A stretch of DNA of 64,000 bases from the NCBI GenBank assembly GCA_051861185.1, contig JBIMKQ010000018.1:9213-73212 (forward strand), read 5' to 3'. The translations under genes were made by a program, and so were the position numbers. Each line of letters starts with the position of its first letter. Position 1 is the stretch's first letter. Below, piece after piece: positions 30,599 to 39,594 of this stretch. The notes under the pieces were generated by a model. That model worked only from the letters and a program-made list of their open reading frames with translations, did no database searches and had not been told where the DNA came from. This stretch comes from Sphingopyxis sp. Lineage in GTDB: Bacteria; Pseudomonadota; Alphaproteobacteria; Sphingomonadales; Sphingomonadaceae.

Positions 30599-31426
30599 TC
30601 ATTTCACCACCCGCTCGGCTTCGTCGATCGTGCCGCCGCCGATTTCGCGGTCCTCGGTATAGCGGATGCGCACCGGCCCCTTCAGCTTCGCCGCGAGTTC
30701 CCCCGGAACGCGCAGCGAAACCTTGCGCGCGCCGACTTCGGGATAGACCGCGATGCCGCGCGCGACGAGCAACGGTTCGGCGATCCCCGGCCGCGTGACC
30801 TCGATATCGCCATAGACCGAACGGTTTCCGGTGCGCGAAAGGTCGAAATTGAACGCCGGGCCGTCGCGGGTCTCGCTGACCCACGCCTCGCCGATCGCCG
30901 CCTCAGCGCCCAGATCGCCGACCCGCACGATCACCGGGATGGTGATCCCATAGATCGGCGTCAGCGCGATCGACACGCCCTCGCCCGCCGGCTTCGCGTC
31001 ACCGGTCGCCGCCGCAGTCGCATCGGGGACCGCGCGAAACAGCATATGCGCGCGATATTCGCCCGGCGCCGTTCCTTCGGGGACGCGGACCCCGACACGC
31101 ACGACCTGCGGCTGGTTGGGCGGCAGCGTGACGCGGCGCGGACTGAACGCGATCATGTCGAGCGCGGTTCGCTCGGCGGGCCGGGCATCCTCCTCGGCGA
31201 TCTCGTCGAGCCCGCCCTCGGCGGTCATGCGCTTGATCTCGAGGCTGATGCGATAGGTCGCCGGTTCGGCACCGATATTGTTGAGAACCACTTCGGTCCC
31301 GCGCGATCCGTCGAGGATGACGCGCGTCGGCGCAACGAGCAGGTCGCCCGCCGCCATGGCGGGCAAAGCGACCGCGCCGGACGCAGCCGCGGTAAACAGG
31401 CAAAATGCCTTCAAAAAGCGTAACAT
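30599..31426 (-). CDS. PapD-like periplasmic pilus chaperone
   Basis: Signal peptide; LLVAPTRVIL, FSPRRVTLPPNQPQVVRV, GEYRAHMLFRAVP, ITIPVIVR. Confidence 0.82.
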   Translation of the reverse strand: MLRFLKAFCLFTAAASGAVALPAMAAGDLLVAPTRVILDGSRGTEVVLNNIGAEPATYRISLEIKRMTAEGGLDEIAEEDARPAERTALDMIAFSPRRVTLPPNQPQVVRVGVRVPEGTAPGEYRAHMLFRAVPDATAAATGDAKPAGEGVSIALTPIYGITIPVIVRVGDLGAEAAIGEAWVSETRDGPAFNFDLSRTGNRSVYGDIEVTRPGIAEPLLVARGIAVYPEVGARKVSLRVPGELAAKLKGPVRIRYTEDREIGGGTIDEAERVVK

Positions 31427-31611
31427 GGATACGATCCCCACAATCGTTTTCCGGCACGGCCCACACCGTCCCGATGGTCGCATCCTGCCTGCGCCAACAT
31501 GGTTGATATTTCGCTAACCATAGAGGCCGATTGCAAAAAAGAGGTCGCCGGACGAGCGCCCGGCGACCTCAATTTTACCGCTGGCGGGTCTCGGCCCGCC
31601 AGGCCCCCGCC

Positions 31612-32109
31612 TTATTGATAATTGGCGGTGACGTTGAACGTGCCGGTATAGTCGCCCGACGCCTGGTTGGCGCCGACGCTCAGCGTGCCGCCGACCTGGA
31701 AGCTGCCGCCGGTGGCGCCCAGCGTGATCGTGGGCGACGAATAGGTCAGCGTCGACGCCATCGTGCCGCCGAGCGAACCATTGAGCGTGACGCTCGAATC
31801 GCCGCCGACCAGCACCACAGCACCGTCGGTGCCGGCAACGTTGAAGTTGGCCGAGGTCGCCGTACCGGTGCAGGTCAGGCTCGCGCCGCACGTCCGGGTA
31901 CCGGCGGTCGACACGGCAACGGTCGATGCGGTCGCGCCGCTGATGATCGTCGCATATTGCAGGTCACTGGTGTTGGTGAGCGTGATCTGACGCAGGATCT
32001 TGGCTTTCGCCGTGCCCGTCGCCGACGCCGCATGGGCCGCCGGGGCGTTCATGGCGAGGGCAGCAATTGCGGCACCCAGAAGGGCGCGCTTCATTCCAAA
32101 TTTGCGCAT
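31612..32109 (-). CDS. DUF4402-type secreted protein, probable pilin
   Basis: Signal peptide ending AHA; Thr/Gly/Ser-rich beta protein; Cys pair; C-terminal GDYTGTFNVTANYQ. Confidence 0.75.
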   Translation of the reverse strand: MRKFGMKRALLGAAIAALAMNAPAAHAASATGTAKAKILRQITLTNTSDLQYATIISGATASTVAVSTAGTRTCGASLTCTGTATSANFNVAGTDGAVVLVGGDSSVTLNGSLGGTMASTLTYSSPTITLGATGGSFQVGGTLSVGANQASGDYTGTFNVTANYQ

Positions 32110-32222
32110 AAGTTTTGGTCCCTTGAATTCTAAGACTTGCAGTCGAATTTCGAATGGATATCCCACCCCATTCGCCGACCTGTTTAGGGCGAGACCTGTT
32201 CAGGTTTTGCCAGCAAGCTTGG

Positions 32223-32237
32223 TTAACAGCGCAATAA
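32223..32237. promoter_or_regulatory. CtrA-like box upstream of the pilin gene
   Basis: TTAA-CAGCGCA-ATAA, one mismatch to TTAA-N7-TTAA. Confidence 0.5.
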
Positions 32238-32271
32238 GGATTGGCCCGCGCTACGCATGGTAACCGGGTAA

Positions 32272-32284
32272 AATCAACGCTTTA
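32272..32284 (+). promoter_or_regulatory. IHF consensus site upstream of the pilin gene
   Basis: AATCAA-CGCT-TTA matches WATCAANNNNTTR exactly. Confidence 0.55.
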
Positions 32285-32393
32285 GCGTGACATGGCGGTG
32301 GCCGTGAGGCCCGTCCGTCCTTCTTTAACGGCCCGGACTGGCACAATTAAAGCCGTGCGGAGATCGATTTGCATCGCCGATCGAGGGAATCGA

Positions 32394-33353
32394 TCAGATC
32401 GATTCGCCGGAGAGGCGCTGGCAGATCATATCCAGCTGGTCGAGCGACCCGAATTTCAGCGTCAGCGCCCCCTTGCCGCCGCCGGTATATTGAATCGCAA
32501 CACCAATGCCGAGCAGTTCGGACAGATGGCGCTCGACCGCGACGATATCGGGGTCGCGCCCACCGTCGGCGCTCTTATATTCGAGCGGTGCCTTGCGACC
32601 GCCGCCCTTGCCGTCGCGGACCAGCGCCTCGACCGCGCGGACCGACAGGCCTTCTTTCGCGACCCGGCGCGCGATCGCTTCGGCATCCGGAGCACCGATC
32701 AACGCGCGCGCGTGCCCCATCGCAAGCGACCCGTCGCCGACCAGCGCCTGCACACCGTCGGGAAGTTCGAGCAGGCGCATTAGGTTCGCGACATGACTGC
32801 GCGATTTGCCGACCAGTTTCGCCAGCGCCTCCTGATTGTGGCCGAAATCATCGATCAGCCGGCGATAGGCGCCCGCTTCTTCGATCGCATTGAGATCCTG
32901 CCGCTGGATATTCTCGACCAGCGCGATCTCGTACGTCGCGGCGTCGTCGAGTTCGCGAACGAGCGCGGGAATCTGGTGGAGCCCCGCACGCTGCGCGGCG
33001 CGCCACCGGCGTTCGCCGGCAACGAGCTGATATCCATCGCCATCGGGCGACCGGCGCACGATGATCGGCTGCAGCAACCCGCGCAGCCCGATCGAATCGG
33101 CCAGCTCGGCAATCGCATTTTCATCGAAATGGCGGCGCGGCTGGCCGGGCAGCGGGCGGATCGACCCGACCCCGACATGTTGGACCGCGTCGCCCGAAAC
33201 CGGCGCCACCTTTGCCGCAGCGCCCGGCGATGCCAGTACCGGCGCTTCGACCGCAACGTCGCCGAACAAGGCGTTCAGCCCCCGGCCCAGTCCCGACGGA
33301 CGCTTGCGCGCGGGAGTCGATTCCGATCCGGTTTCGTCTTGATTATCAGCCAT
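32394..33353 (-). CDS. parB: Chromosome partitioning protein ParB
   Basis: GLGRGLNAL, QPRRHFD, GLLQPIIVR, LVAGERRWRAA, ALVENIQRQDLN. Confidence 0.97.
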   Translation of the reverse strand: MADNQDETGSESTPARKRPSGLGRGLNALFGDVAVEAPVLASPGAAAKVAPVSGDAVQHVGVGSIRPLPGQPRRHFDENAIAELADSIGLRGLLQPIIVRRSPDGDGYQLVAGERRWRAAQRAGLHQIPALVRELDDAATYEIALVENIQRQDLNAIEEAGAYRRLIDDFGHNQEALAKLVGKSRSHVANLMRLLELPDGVQALVGDGSLAMGHARALIGAPDAEAIARRVAKEGLSVRAVEALVRDGKGGGRKAPLEYKSADGGRDPDIVAVERHLSELLGIGVAIQYTGGGKGALTLKFGSLDQLDMICQRLSGESI

Positions 33354-34136
33354 TTATGCCGCCTTACGGACGTTGGGAAGCCGGTCGATCAATTCGCGCG
33401 CGAGCGCGATATAGGCCGCCGATCCGGCGCAGCGATGATCATATATCAGCGCGGGCAGGCCATGGCTCGGCGCTTCAGACAGGCGGACATTGCGCGGAAT
33501 CACCGTGTCGAACACCACGGGGCCAAGGACGTCGCGCACGTCGTCCGAAACCTGGTCGGTCAGCCGGTTGCGACGGTCGAACATGGTGAGCGCAACGCCG
33601 AGGATCGACAATTTCTGGTTGAAGCGCTCGCGCACGCGCTCGACCGTGGTGAGCAGCTGGCTCAGCCCCTCGAGCGCGAAAAATTCGCATTGCAGCGGCA
33701 CGATCAGCGATTCGGCGGCGATCAGCGCGTTGAGCGTCAGCATGCCGAGCGACGGCGGACAGTCGATCAGGCAAATATCCCACTGTCCGGCCTCGGCACC
33801 CGACAGCGCCTGTTGCAGACGGTGCAGCCGGTCCTGAAATTCGATCAGCTCGATCTCGGCGCCCGACAGATCGACCGTTGCGGTGACGATGTCGAGCCGC
33901 GGCACTGCGGTCGGGATGGCGCATTCAGCAAGCGTCGCGTCGCCGCGAAGCAATTCGTAACTCGAACATTCGCGCTGCGATTGCTTGATTCCCAGCCCCG
34001 TCGACGCATTCCCCTGCGGATCGAGGTCGATGATCAGCGTCCTCCAGCCAGTTGCAGCGAGTGCGGTCGCCAGATTGATCGCGGTCGTCGTTTTGCCGAC
34101 CCCACCTTTCTGGTTCGCCACGGCAATGCGGATCAT
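33354..34136 (-). CDS. parA: Chromosome partitioning ATPase ParA
   Basis: ANQKGGVGKTTT, IDLDPQGNASTGLG, DCPPSLG, IPRNVRLSEAPSHG. Confidence 0.97.
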   Translation of the reverse strand: MIRIAVANQKGGVGKTTTAINLATALAATGWRTLIIDLDPQGNASTGLGIKQSQRECSSYELLRGDATLAECAIPTAVPRLDIVTATVDLSGAEIELIEFQDRLHRLQQALSGAEAGQWDICLIDCPPSLGMLTLNALIAAESLIVPLQCEFFALEGLSQLLTTVERVRERFNQKLSILGVALTMFDRRNRLTDQVSDDVRDVLGPVVFDTVIPRNVRLSEAPSHGLPALIYDHRCAGSAAYIALARELIDRLPNVRKAA

Positions 34137-34813
34137 CGCTTTCCTCGCTGTTTAACCGTGATTTTTCCGCGCCCGACCAAAATCTGGCTCTCGGCGTCGG
34201 TACGGCTCTGTTCCACGTGGAACATTCTCTGCCATGGCTGGGGCAGCAAAGCCAGTTCCTTAACCGCGTTTCGGCCTTTTGGCAGCAACCAGTGCGTCGA
34301 TTCGGTGGAAAAACGGGCGGACAAGTCGAGCAGCTTGTCGAGTGGTGCAAAGGCGCGGGCGCTGATCGATGCCGCGGTCCGGGCTTCGATCCGTTCCAAG
34401 GGCGCTTCCACGACCTCGACATTTGCGAGAAAAAGCTCGGCAGCGACGGTTCGCAAGAAGTCGCAGCGCCGTTTTCGCGATTCCACAAGCATAACGGGCC
34501 GCGTGCTCAATATGGCGACAACCAGTCCCGGTAACCCCGCGCCGCTCCCAAGATCGATCCAGAGGCCATCGCCATCGCGTGTGTCGAACGACAAAAGCTG
34601 CGCACTATCGGCAATATGCCGGACCCACATCGTCGGGATCGTGGAAGACGCGATCAGATTTTGCTGCGCGCTTTCGGCGATCAGCATATCGACGAAGCGC
34701 TCAAGTTGTTTCCATTGATCGGCGGTTGGCGCGAAGGCTTCGCCCATCCAGGCCCGGGCGGCGTCCTCATTATCGAGCAGTTCAACCGACACGCGCATTC
34801 CCTCTGATTTCAA
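34133..34813 (-). CDS. rsmG: 16S rRNA m7G527 methyltransferase (start could be 34798)
   Basis: WVRHIADSAQL, DLGSGAGLPG, VESRKRRCDFL, LLPKGR. Confidence 0.93.
   Translation of the reverse strand: MKSEGMRVSVELLDNEDAARAWMGEAFAPTADQWKQLERFVDMLIAESAQQNLIASSTIPTMWVRHIADSAQLLSFDTRDGDGLWIDLGSGAGLPGLVVAILSTRPVMLVESRKRRCDFLRTVAAELFLANVEVVEAPLERIEARTAASISARAFAPLDKLLDLSARFSTESTHWLLPKGRNAVKELALLPQPWQRMFHVEQSRTDAESQILVGRGKITVKQRGKR
34209..34224. promoter_or_regulatory. parS site inside rsmG
   Basis: Perfect palindrome TGTTCCACGTGGAACA. Confidence 0.9.
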
Positions 34814-34825
34814 ACATCGATCGGC

Positions 34826-36688
34826 TCATGCCGCGCGACGCCTGCTATGCACCATGATCGCCGTCAGCGCCGCAGGGGTCACTCCGTCGATCCGCGCCGC
34901 CTGCCCCAGCGTCTCGGGCTGCGCCTTCGTCAGTCGCTCGACCATCTCGCGCGACAGCCCGCCGATTGCGGCATAGTCGAGCGCGGGATCGAGCATGATC
35001 GCCTCGTTCGCCGCGAGCGCGCGCAGCTCGGCGTCCTGCCGCGCAATATAGGGCGCATAATGGGCATCTTCGGCGATCTCGGACAGGATCGCAGGATCGA
35101 TCGAATCGAGCCCGGGTGCGAGCAAGACGAGCCGGGCCACGGTCATGTCGGGATAGCGGAGCAGATCGATCCGCTTGCGCGCGATGCCATCGCCAGGAAG
35201 CGCCAGCCCCACGATCGCATAATCGGCCGTCGCGACCGGCGCGTCGAGCAAGGCCGCGGCCTTCGCCCGCTCAGCCTGCCGCGCGGCAAACAAAGTGGCG
35301 GTCGCGGGCCGCACCAACCCCAATGCGATTCCCTTGGGCGTCAATCGTGACACGGCATTGTCGGCGCGCAATCGCAGACGATATTCAGCGCGCGCGGTGA
35401 GCATGCGATAGGGTTCGGTCACCCCCTGCAGCACCAGATCGTCGACCATCACGCCGATATAGGATTCGGATCGGTCGAGGATCAGCGGGTCGCGTGCCTG
35501 CGCGGCGAGTGCGGCGTTTGCGCCGGCGATCAGCCCCTGCGCCGCGGCCTCTTCATAGCCGGTGGTGCCGTTGATCTGCCCCGCGCACCAAAGCCCGCTT
35601 ATGGCCCGTACCTGCAGGGTCCGGTCGAGCGCGCGCGGGTCGATATGATCATATTCGACCGCATAGCCGGGAACGACCATCTCGACCGTTTCGAGGCCCT
35701 CCATCGTGCGCAGCATCGCGAGCTGCACGTCGGCGGGGAGCGAGGTCGAAATGCCGTTCGGATAGACGAGAAACGAATCGAGCCCTTCGGGTTCGAGGAA
35801 CACCTGATGCCCGTCGCGGTCGGCGAAGCGATGGATCTTGTCCTCGATCGACGGGCAATACCGCGGCCCCGCCGCTCCGATCGCGCCCGTGAACAAGGGC
35901 GAACGATCCAGATTGGCCGCGATAATCGCGTGCGATTCGGCATTGGTGCGCGTGATCGCACAGAAAATCTGCGGCACCGTTCGTTTGCTGTTCCACGTGG
36001 AACAGGTCCAGGTCTCGCCATCGGACGGCTGCTCTTCGAGCCGAGCCCAGTCGATCGTCCGTCCGTCGAGCCGCGGCGGCGTTCCGGTCTTGAGCCGTGC
36101 CATCGGCAGATCGGCGGCGCGGAGCTGGTTGGCAAGCCGATGGGCTCCCGCCTCACCGATGCGCCCGCCCTCCATCCGCTCCTCGCCGCGAAACATCCGC
36201 CCGCCGAGAAAGGTGCCCGTCGCGAGCACGACGGCGGATGCAGTCAACGTCGACCCATCGCCGAGTTCGAGTCCTTCGACGCGTGCGCCATCGGCCGACA
36301 ATTTCAGCGCCGCAGCTTCGCCGGCGACAATGGTGATCGCCTCTTCCGCCGCCAGTAATTTCTGGATGGCCTCGCGATACAATTTGCGGTCGGCCTGGAT
36401 GCGCGGCCCCTGCACCGCGGCTCCCTTCGACGCGTTGAGCATCCGGTAATGGATCGCCGCGCCGTCGGCCGCGCGGGCCATCCACCCGTCGAGCGCATCG
36501 ACCTCGCGCATCAAATGACCTTTGCCGAGCCCGCCGATCGCCGGGTTGCACGACATCGTGCCGATCAGCGCGGGGTCAAAGCTGACGAGCGCCACGCGCG
36601 CGCCAAGCCGCGCCGCGGCGGCCGCGGCTTCGGTTCCGGCATGGCCACCGCCGACGACGATGACATCGAAAATATCGCTGCTGTGCAT
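34826..36688 (-). CDS. mnmG: tRNA uridine 5-carboxymethylaminomethyl modification enzyme MnmG (GidA)
   Basis: [59 protein letters not shown]. Confidence 0.97.
   Translation of the reverse strand: MHSSDIFDVIVVGGGHAGTEAAAAAARLGARVALVSFDPALIGTMSCNPAIGGLGKGHLMREVDALDGWMARAADGAAIHYRMLNASKGAAVQGPRIQADRKLYREAIQKLLAAEEAITIVAGEAAALKLSADGARVEGLELGDGSTLTASAVVLATGTFLGGRMFRGEERMEGGRIGEAGAHRLANQLRAADLPMARLKTGTPPRLDGRTIDWARLEEQPSDGETWTCSTWNSKRTVPQIFCAITRTNAESHAIIAANLDRSPLFTGAIGAAGPRYCPSIEDKIHRFADRDGHQVFLEPEGLDSFLVYPNGISTSLPADVQLAMLRTMEGLETVEMVVPGYAVEYDHIDPRALDRTLQVRAISGLWCAGQINGTTGYEEAAAQGLIAGANAALAAQARDPLILDRSESYIGVMVDDLVLQGVTEPYRMLTARAEYRLRLRADNAVSRLTPKGIALGLVRPATATLFAARQAERAKAAALLDAPVATADYAIVGLALPGDGIARKRIDLLRYPDMTVARLVLLAPGLDSIDPAILSEIAEDAHYAPYIARQDAELRALAANEAIMLDPALDYAAIGGLSREMVERLTKAQPETLGQAARIDGVTPAALTAIMVHSRRRAA
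35989..36004. promoter_or_regulatory. parS site inside mnmG
   Basis: Perfect palindrome TGTTCCACGTGGAACA. Confidence 0.88.
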
Positions 36689-36748
36689 GATTGCTGCGGC
36701 CCTTACCGCAAAGCGGCGTGCGAATCCACCATGCTGCGGCCAATGATA

Positions 36749-36764
36749 TGTTTCACGTGGAACA
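36749..36764. promoter_or_regulatory. parS site abutting the mnmE stop codon
   Basis: TGTTTCACGTGGAACA. Confidence 0.9.
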
Positions 36765-38096
36765 TCATTTTCCGATGCAGAAACGAGCGAAAAGCGTGTC
36801 GAGCATATCCTCGACACCGGCCCGCCCGGTGATTCGGTCGAGCGCCCCGCCCGCGAGCCGCAGCCGTTCGGCGAGCAGGATCAAGTCGCGCGTCTCGATC
36901 GATCCCGCCGCGATCGTCAGCCAATCCCGTGCCTCGCCGAGCGCCGTGCGCTGGCGCTGGCGCAGCGTCGCCTCGCCCTCGCGCGGCAGCAATGTCCGCG
37001 CCATGTCCACAATATAGCGGTGGAGCTTGTCCATCCCCTCACCTGTCGCCGCCGACAGGATCAGGTCACAATGCGCCGCCGCGGCTTCGGCTGCCGCATC
37101 ATCGCGCCAGCGGTCGGCCTGCGCGGCAATCAGGATCGTGCGCGGATGATCCGGCGCTTCCCCGGGCAACCCCAGCCACAACAGGATATCCGCCGCCTCG
37201 ACTGCGGCGCGCGCGCGATCGATCCCGATCGCCTCGATGGCGTCGGCACCTTCGCCGCGCAGTCCCGCCGTATCCGAAAAGCGCATCGCGATTCCGTCGA
37301 GCGCCAGCGGTGTTTCGATTACATCGCGCGTCGTTCCCGCCACCGGCGACACAATCGCCAGCTCGCGCTGCGCCAAGGCGTTGATCAAAGTAGATTTTCC
37401 GGCATTCGGTGGGCCCGCGATCACCACCGACAATCCCTCGGCAATCACCTCGGCCGCCGGCCGCGCCAGCCATTCGCCCAGCTCGGCCGAAAGTGTACCC
37501 ATCCCGGCGATCAGGCGCTGCGAAACGACATCGCCAACCTCGACATCATCCTCATCGGCAAAATTGAGCTCGGCCTCGGCCTCTGCCATCAGCGTCAGCA
37601 GTCGGTCCTGCCAACCCGCAACGGCCCGCGACACATGACCGTTCGCCAGCCCGAGCGCCTGTACCCGCTGACTCTCGGTCTCTGCCGCGAGCAGGTCGGC
37701 CAGGCCTTCCGCTTCGGCAAGGTCGATGCGGCCATTGAGGAAAGCCCGCCGGGTAAATTCGCCGGCCACGGCTGGCCGCAATCCGGCTATCGTGCCGAGC
37801 GCTGCCTCCGCCGCGGCGACCACTGCCCGGCCGCCGTGCAAATGAAGTTCCGCGAGATCTTCGCCGGTCGCGGTTGCCGGTCCCGGGAACCAAAGGACCA
37901 ATGCCCGATCGAGCGGCGCGCCATCGATGGTCCTGAGTTCCGACAGCGAGGCACGGCGCGGCGCTGGCAAGCGTCCGGTCAGCAACCTGATCGCGGTACC
38001 CGCTTGCGGCCCGCTCACGCGCACGACGCCGATCGCCGCCGGCGGGGGCCCGCTCGACAGCGCAAAGATCGTATCGTTTACAATGTCTTGGCTCAG
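36765..38096 (-). CDS. mnmE: tRNA modification GTPase MnmE (start probably non-canonical CTG at 38096)
   Basis: DTIFALSSG upstream of the first [43 protein letters not shown]. Confidence 0.93.
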   Translation of the reverse strand: MSQDIVNDTIFALSSGPPPAAIGVVRVSGPQAGTAIRLLTGRLPAPRRASLSELRTIDGAPLDRALVLWFPGPATATGEDLAELHLHGGRAVVAAAEAALGTIAGLRPAVAGEFTRRAFLNGRIDLAEAEGLADLLAAETESQRVQALGLANGHVSRAVAGWQDRLLTLMAEAEAELNFADEDDVEVGDVVSQRLIAGMGTLSAELGEWLARPAAEVIAEGLSVVIAGPPNAGKSTLINALAQRELAIVSPVAGTTRDVIETPLALDGIAMRFSDTAGLRGEGADAIEAIGIDRARAAVEAADILLWLGLPGEAPDHPRTILIAAQADRWRDDAAAEAAAAHCDLILSAATGEGMDKLHRYIVDMARTLLPREGEATLRQRQRTALGEARDWLTIAAGSIETRDLILLAERLRLAGGALDRITGRAGVEDMLDTLFARFCIGK

Positions 38097-38392
38097 CTCT
38101 TGCGTCCCCGCGCGGGCTTGTCGTCATCGTCGGCCTTGTCCGCCGACTTCGCAGCGCCGCCCATCAACCCGCCGCCGAACTGGCCGAGCAGCGACTGGAC
38201 GAGCCCGAGCCCGCTTTCGCCCATCGGGACCCAGGTCTTGACCATCGACTGAACCATGTCGGGGGTGATCCCCTTCGCCATCAGTTCCTTGACGCGATCG
38301 AGATAGATGTCGTGCAGCGGCTCGAGATCGGGAAGACCGACCAGCCGCCGCGCCTCTTCGGGGGTGCAATCGATCTCGATATTGAACTTCAT
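38093..38392 (-). CDS. Small conserved hypothetical protein (DUF6489-like)
   Basis: MKFNIEIDCTPEEARRLVGLPDLEPLH. Confidence 0.7.
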   Translation of the reverse strand: MKFNIEIDCTPEEARRLVGLPDLEPLHDIYLDRVKELMAKGITPDMVQSMVKTWVPMGESGLGLVQSLLGQFGGGLMGGAAKSADKADDDDKPARGRKS

Positions 38393-38497
38393 CGCGTGTC
38401 TCCGCCCGAAATGCCGGTAAGCTGCTTGAGCCGTGCCCGCAGCCCCGCTAGCTTCGCGCTTTCACCGCAAAGAAGCAAGAGTCAGGAGAGCTCCCCA

Positions 38498-39196
38498 ATG
38501 TCCGCCACGAACCTCACCATCCCCGCGCTCGACAGCGAAGGCGACATTCCCGCCTATGTGGCGCGCCCCGACGCCGACAGCTCGCGCGCGATCATCGTCA
38601 TCCCCGAAATTTTCGGGGTCAACGCCGGTATCCGGCAAAAATGCGACGATTGGGCGGCCGAAGGCTATCTGGCGATCGCGCCCGATATCTTCTGGCGTTT
38701 CGCTCCGGGGGTCGAACTGAACCCCGACGTCGAATCGGAGCTTCAGGAGGCCTTCGGCTATTTCGGACAATATGACGCCGATGACGGGGTCAAGGATATC
38801 GAGGCAGCGATCCGCTGGCTCCACGACCAGGGCGCGGCCAAGGTCGGCGCGGTCGGCTTCTGCCTCGGCGGCCGTCTCGCCTATATGGCGGCGGCGCGTA
38901 CCGACGTGAATGCGTCGGTCGGCTATTATGGCGTGATGATCGACCAGATGCTGAACGAAAGCCACGCCATCGCGCATCCGTTGATGCTCCACATCCCGAC
39001 CGAGGATCATCTGGTCGATCATGATGCGCAGAAAAAGATCCACGAAGGCCTCGATCCGCACCCCAAGGTGACGCTCCACGATTATCAGGGGCTCGACCAT
39101 GGATTTGCCGCAACGATGGGCAATCGCCGCAACGAGGCGGGCGCTCAGCTCGCCGACGGCCGCACCCGCGCCTTCTTCGCCGAGCATCTCGCATGA
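38498..39196 (+). CDS. Dienelactone hydrolase family protein
   Basis: IPEIFGVN, GFCLGG nucleophile, HGFA; CAGGAGAG RBS. Confidence 0.92.
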   Translation: MSATNLTIPALDSEGDIPAYVARPDADSSRAIIVIPEIFGVNAGIRQKCDDWAAEGYLAIAPDIFWRFAPGVELNPDVESELQEAFGYFGQYDADDGVKDIEAAIRWLHDQGAAKVGAVGFCLGGRLAYMAAARTDVNASVGYYGVMIDQMLNESHAIAHPLMLHIPTEDHLVDHDAQKKIHEGLDPHPKVTLHDYQGLDHGFAATMGNRRNEAGAQLADGRTRAFFAEHLA

Positions 39197-39591
39197 GCGG
39201 TCATCCCGGCGTCGCCGCCTGGCATGCCTATATGGAGGGCGGCGGCGACCCGCAGGCGCTGCGCGACCTGCTTGCCGAGGATGCGGTGTTCCACTCGCCC
39301 GTCGTCCACACACCGCAAGCCGGGCGCGACAAGGTCTTCGCCTATCTCCACGCGGCGAGCCATGTCCTCGGCGGCGACGATTTCCGCTATCTGCGCGAGA
39401 TCGTCGACGGCGATCAGGCGATGCTCGAGTTTCAGAGCAGCCTCGACGGCATCCAGATCAACGGCGTCGACATCATCACCTGGAACGAAGACGGAAAAAT
39501 CATTGATTTCAAAGTGATGGTTCGCCCGCTCAAGGCGATTAACAAGGTCTGGGAGAAGATGGGAGAAATGCTCGCGACGCAAGCGAACTGA
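39193..39591 (+). CDS. SnoaL-like/NTF2 family protein
   Basis: LLAEDAVFHSPVVHTP, INGVDII, FKVMVRPLK. Confidence 0.82.
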   Translation: MSGHPGVAAWHAYMEGGGDPQALRDLLAEDAVFHSPVVHTPQAGRDKVFAYLHAASHVLGGDDFRYLREIVDGDQAMLEFQSSLDGIQINGVDIITWNEDGKIIDFKVMVRPLKAINKVWEKMGEMLATQAN

Positions 39592-39594
39592 TCG

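Noticed and set aside
32339-32353. Sigma54-like TGGCACAATTAAAGC
   Set aside because: The -12 element is AAGC rather than TTGC, and it points antisense into parB, away from the pilin gene
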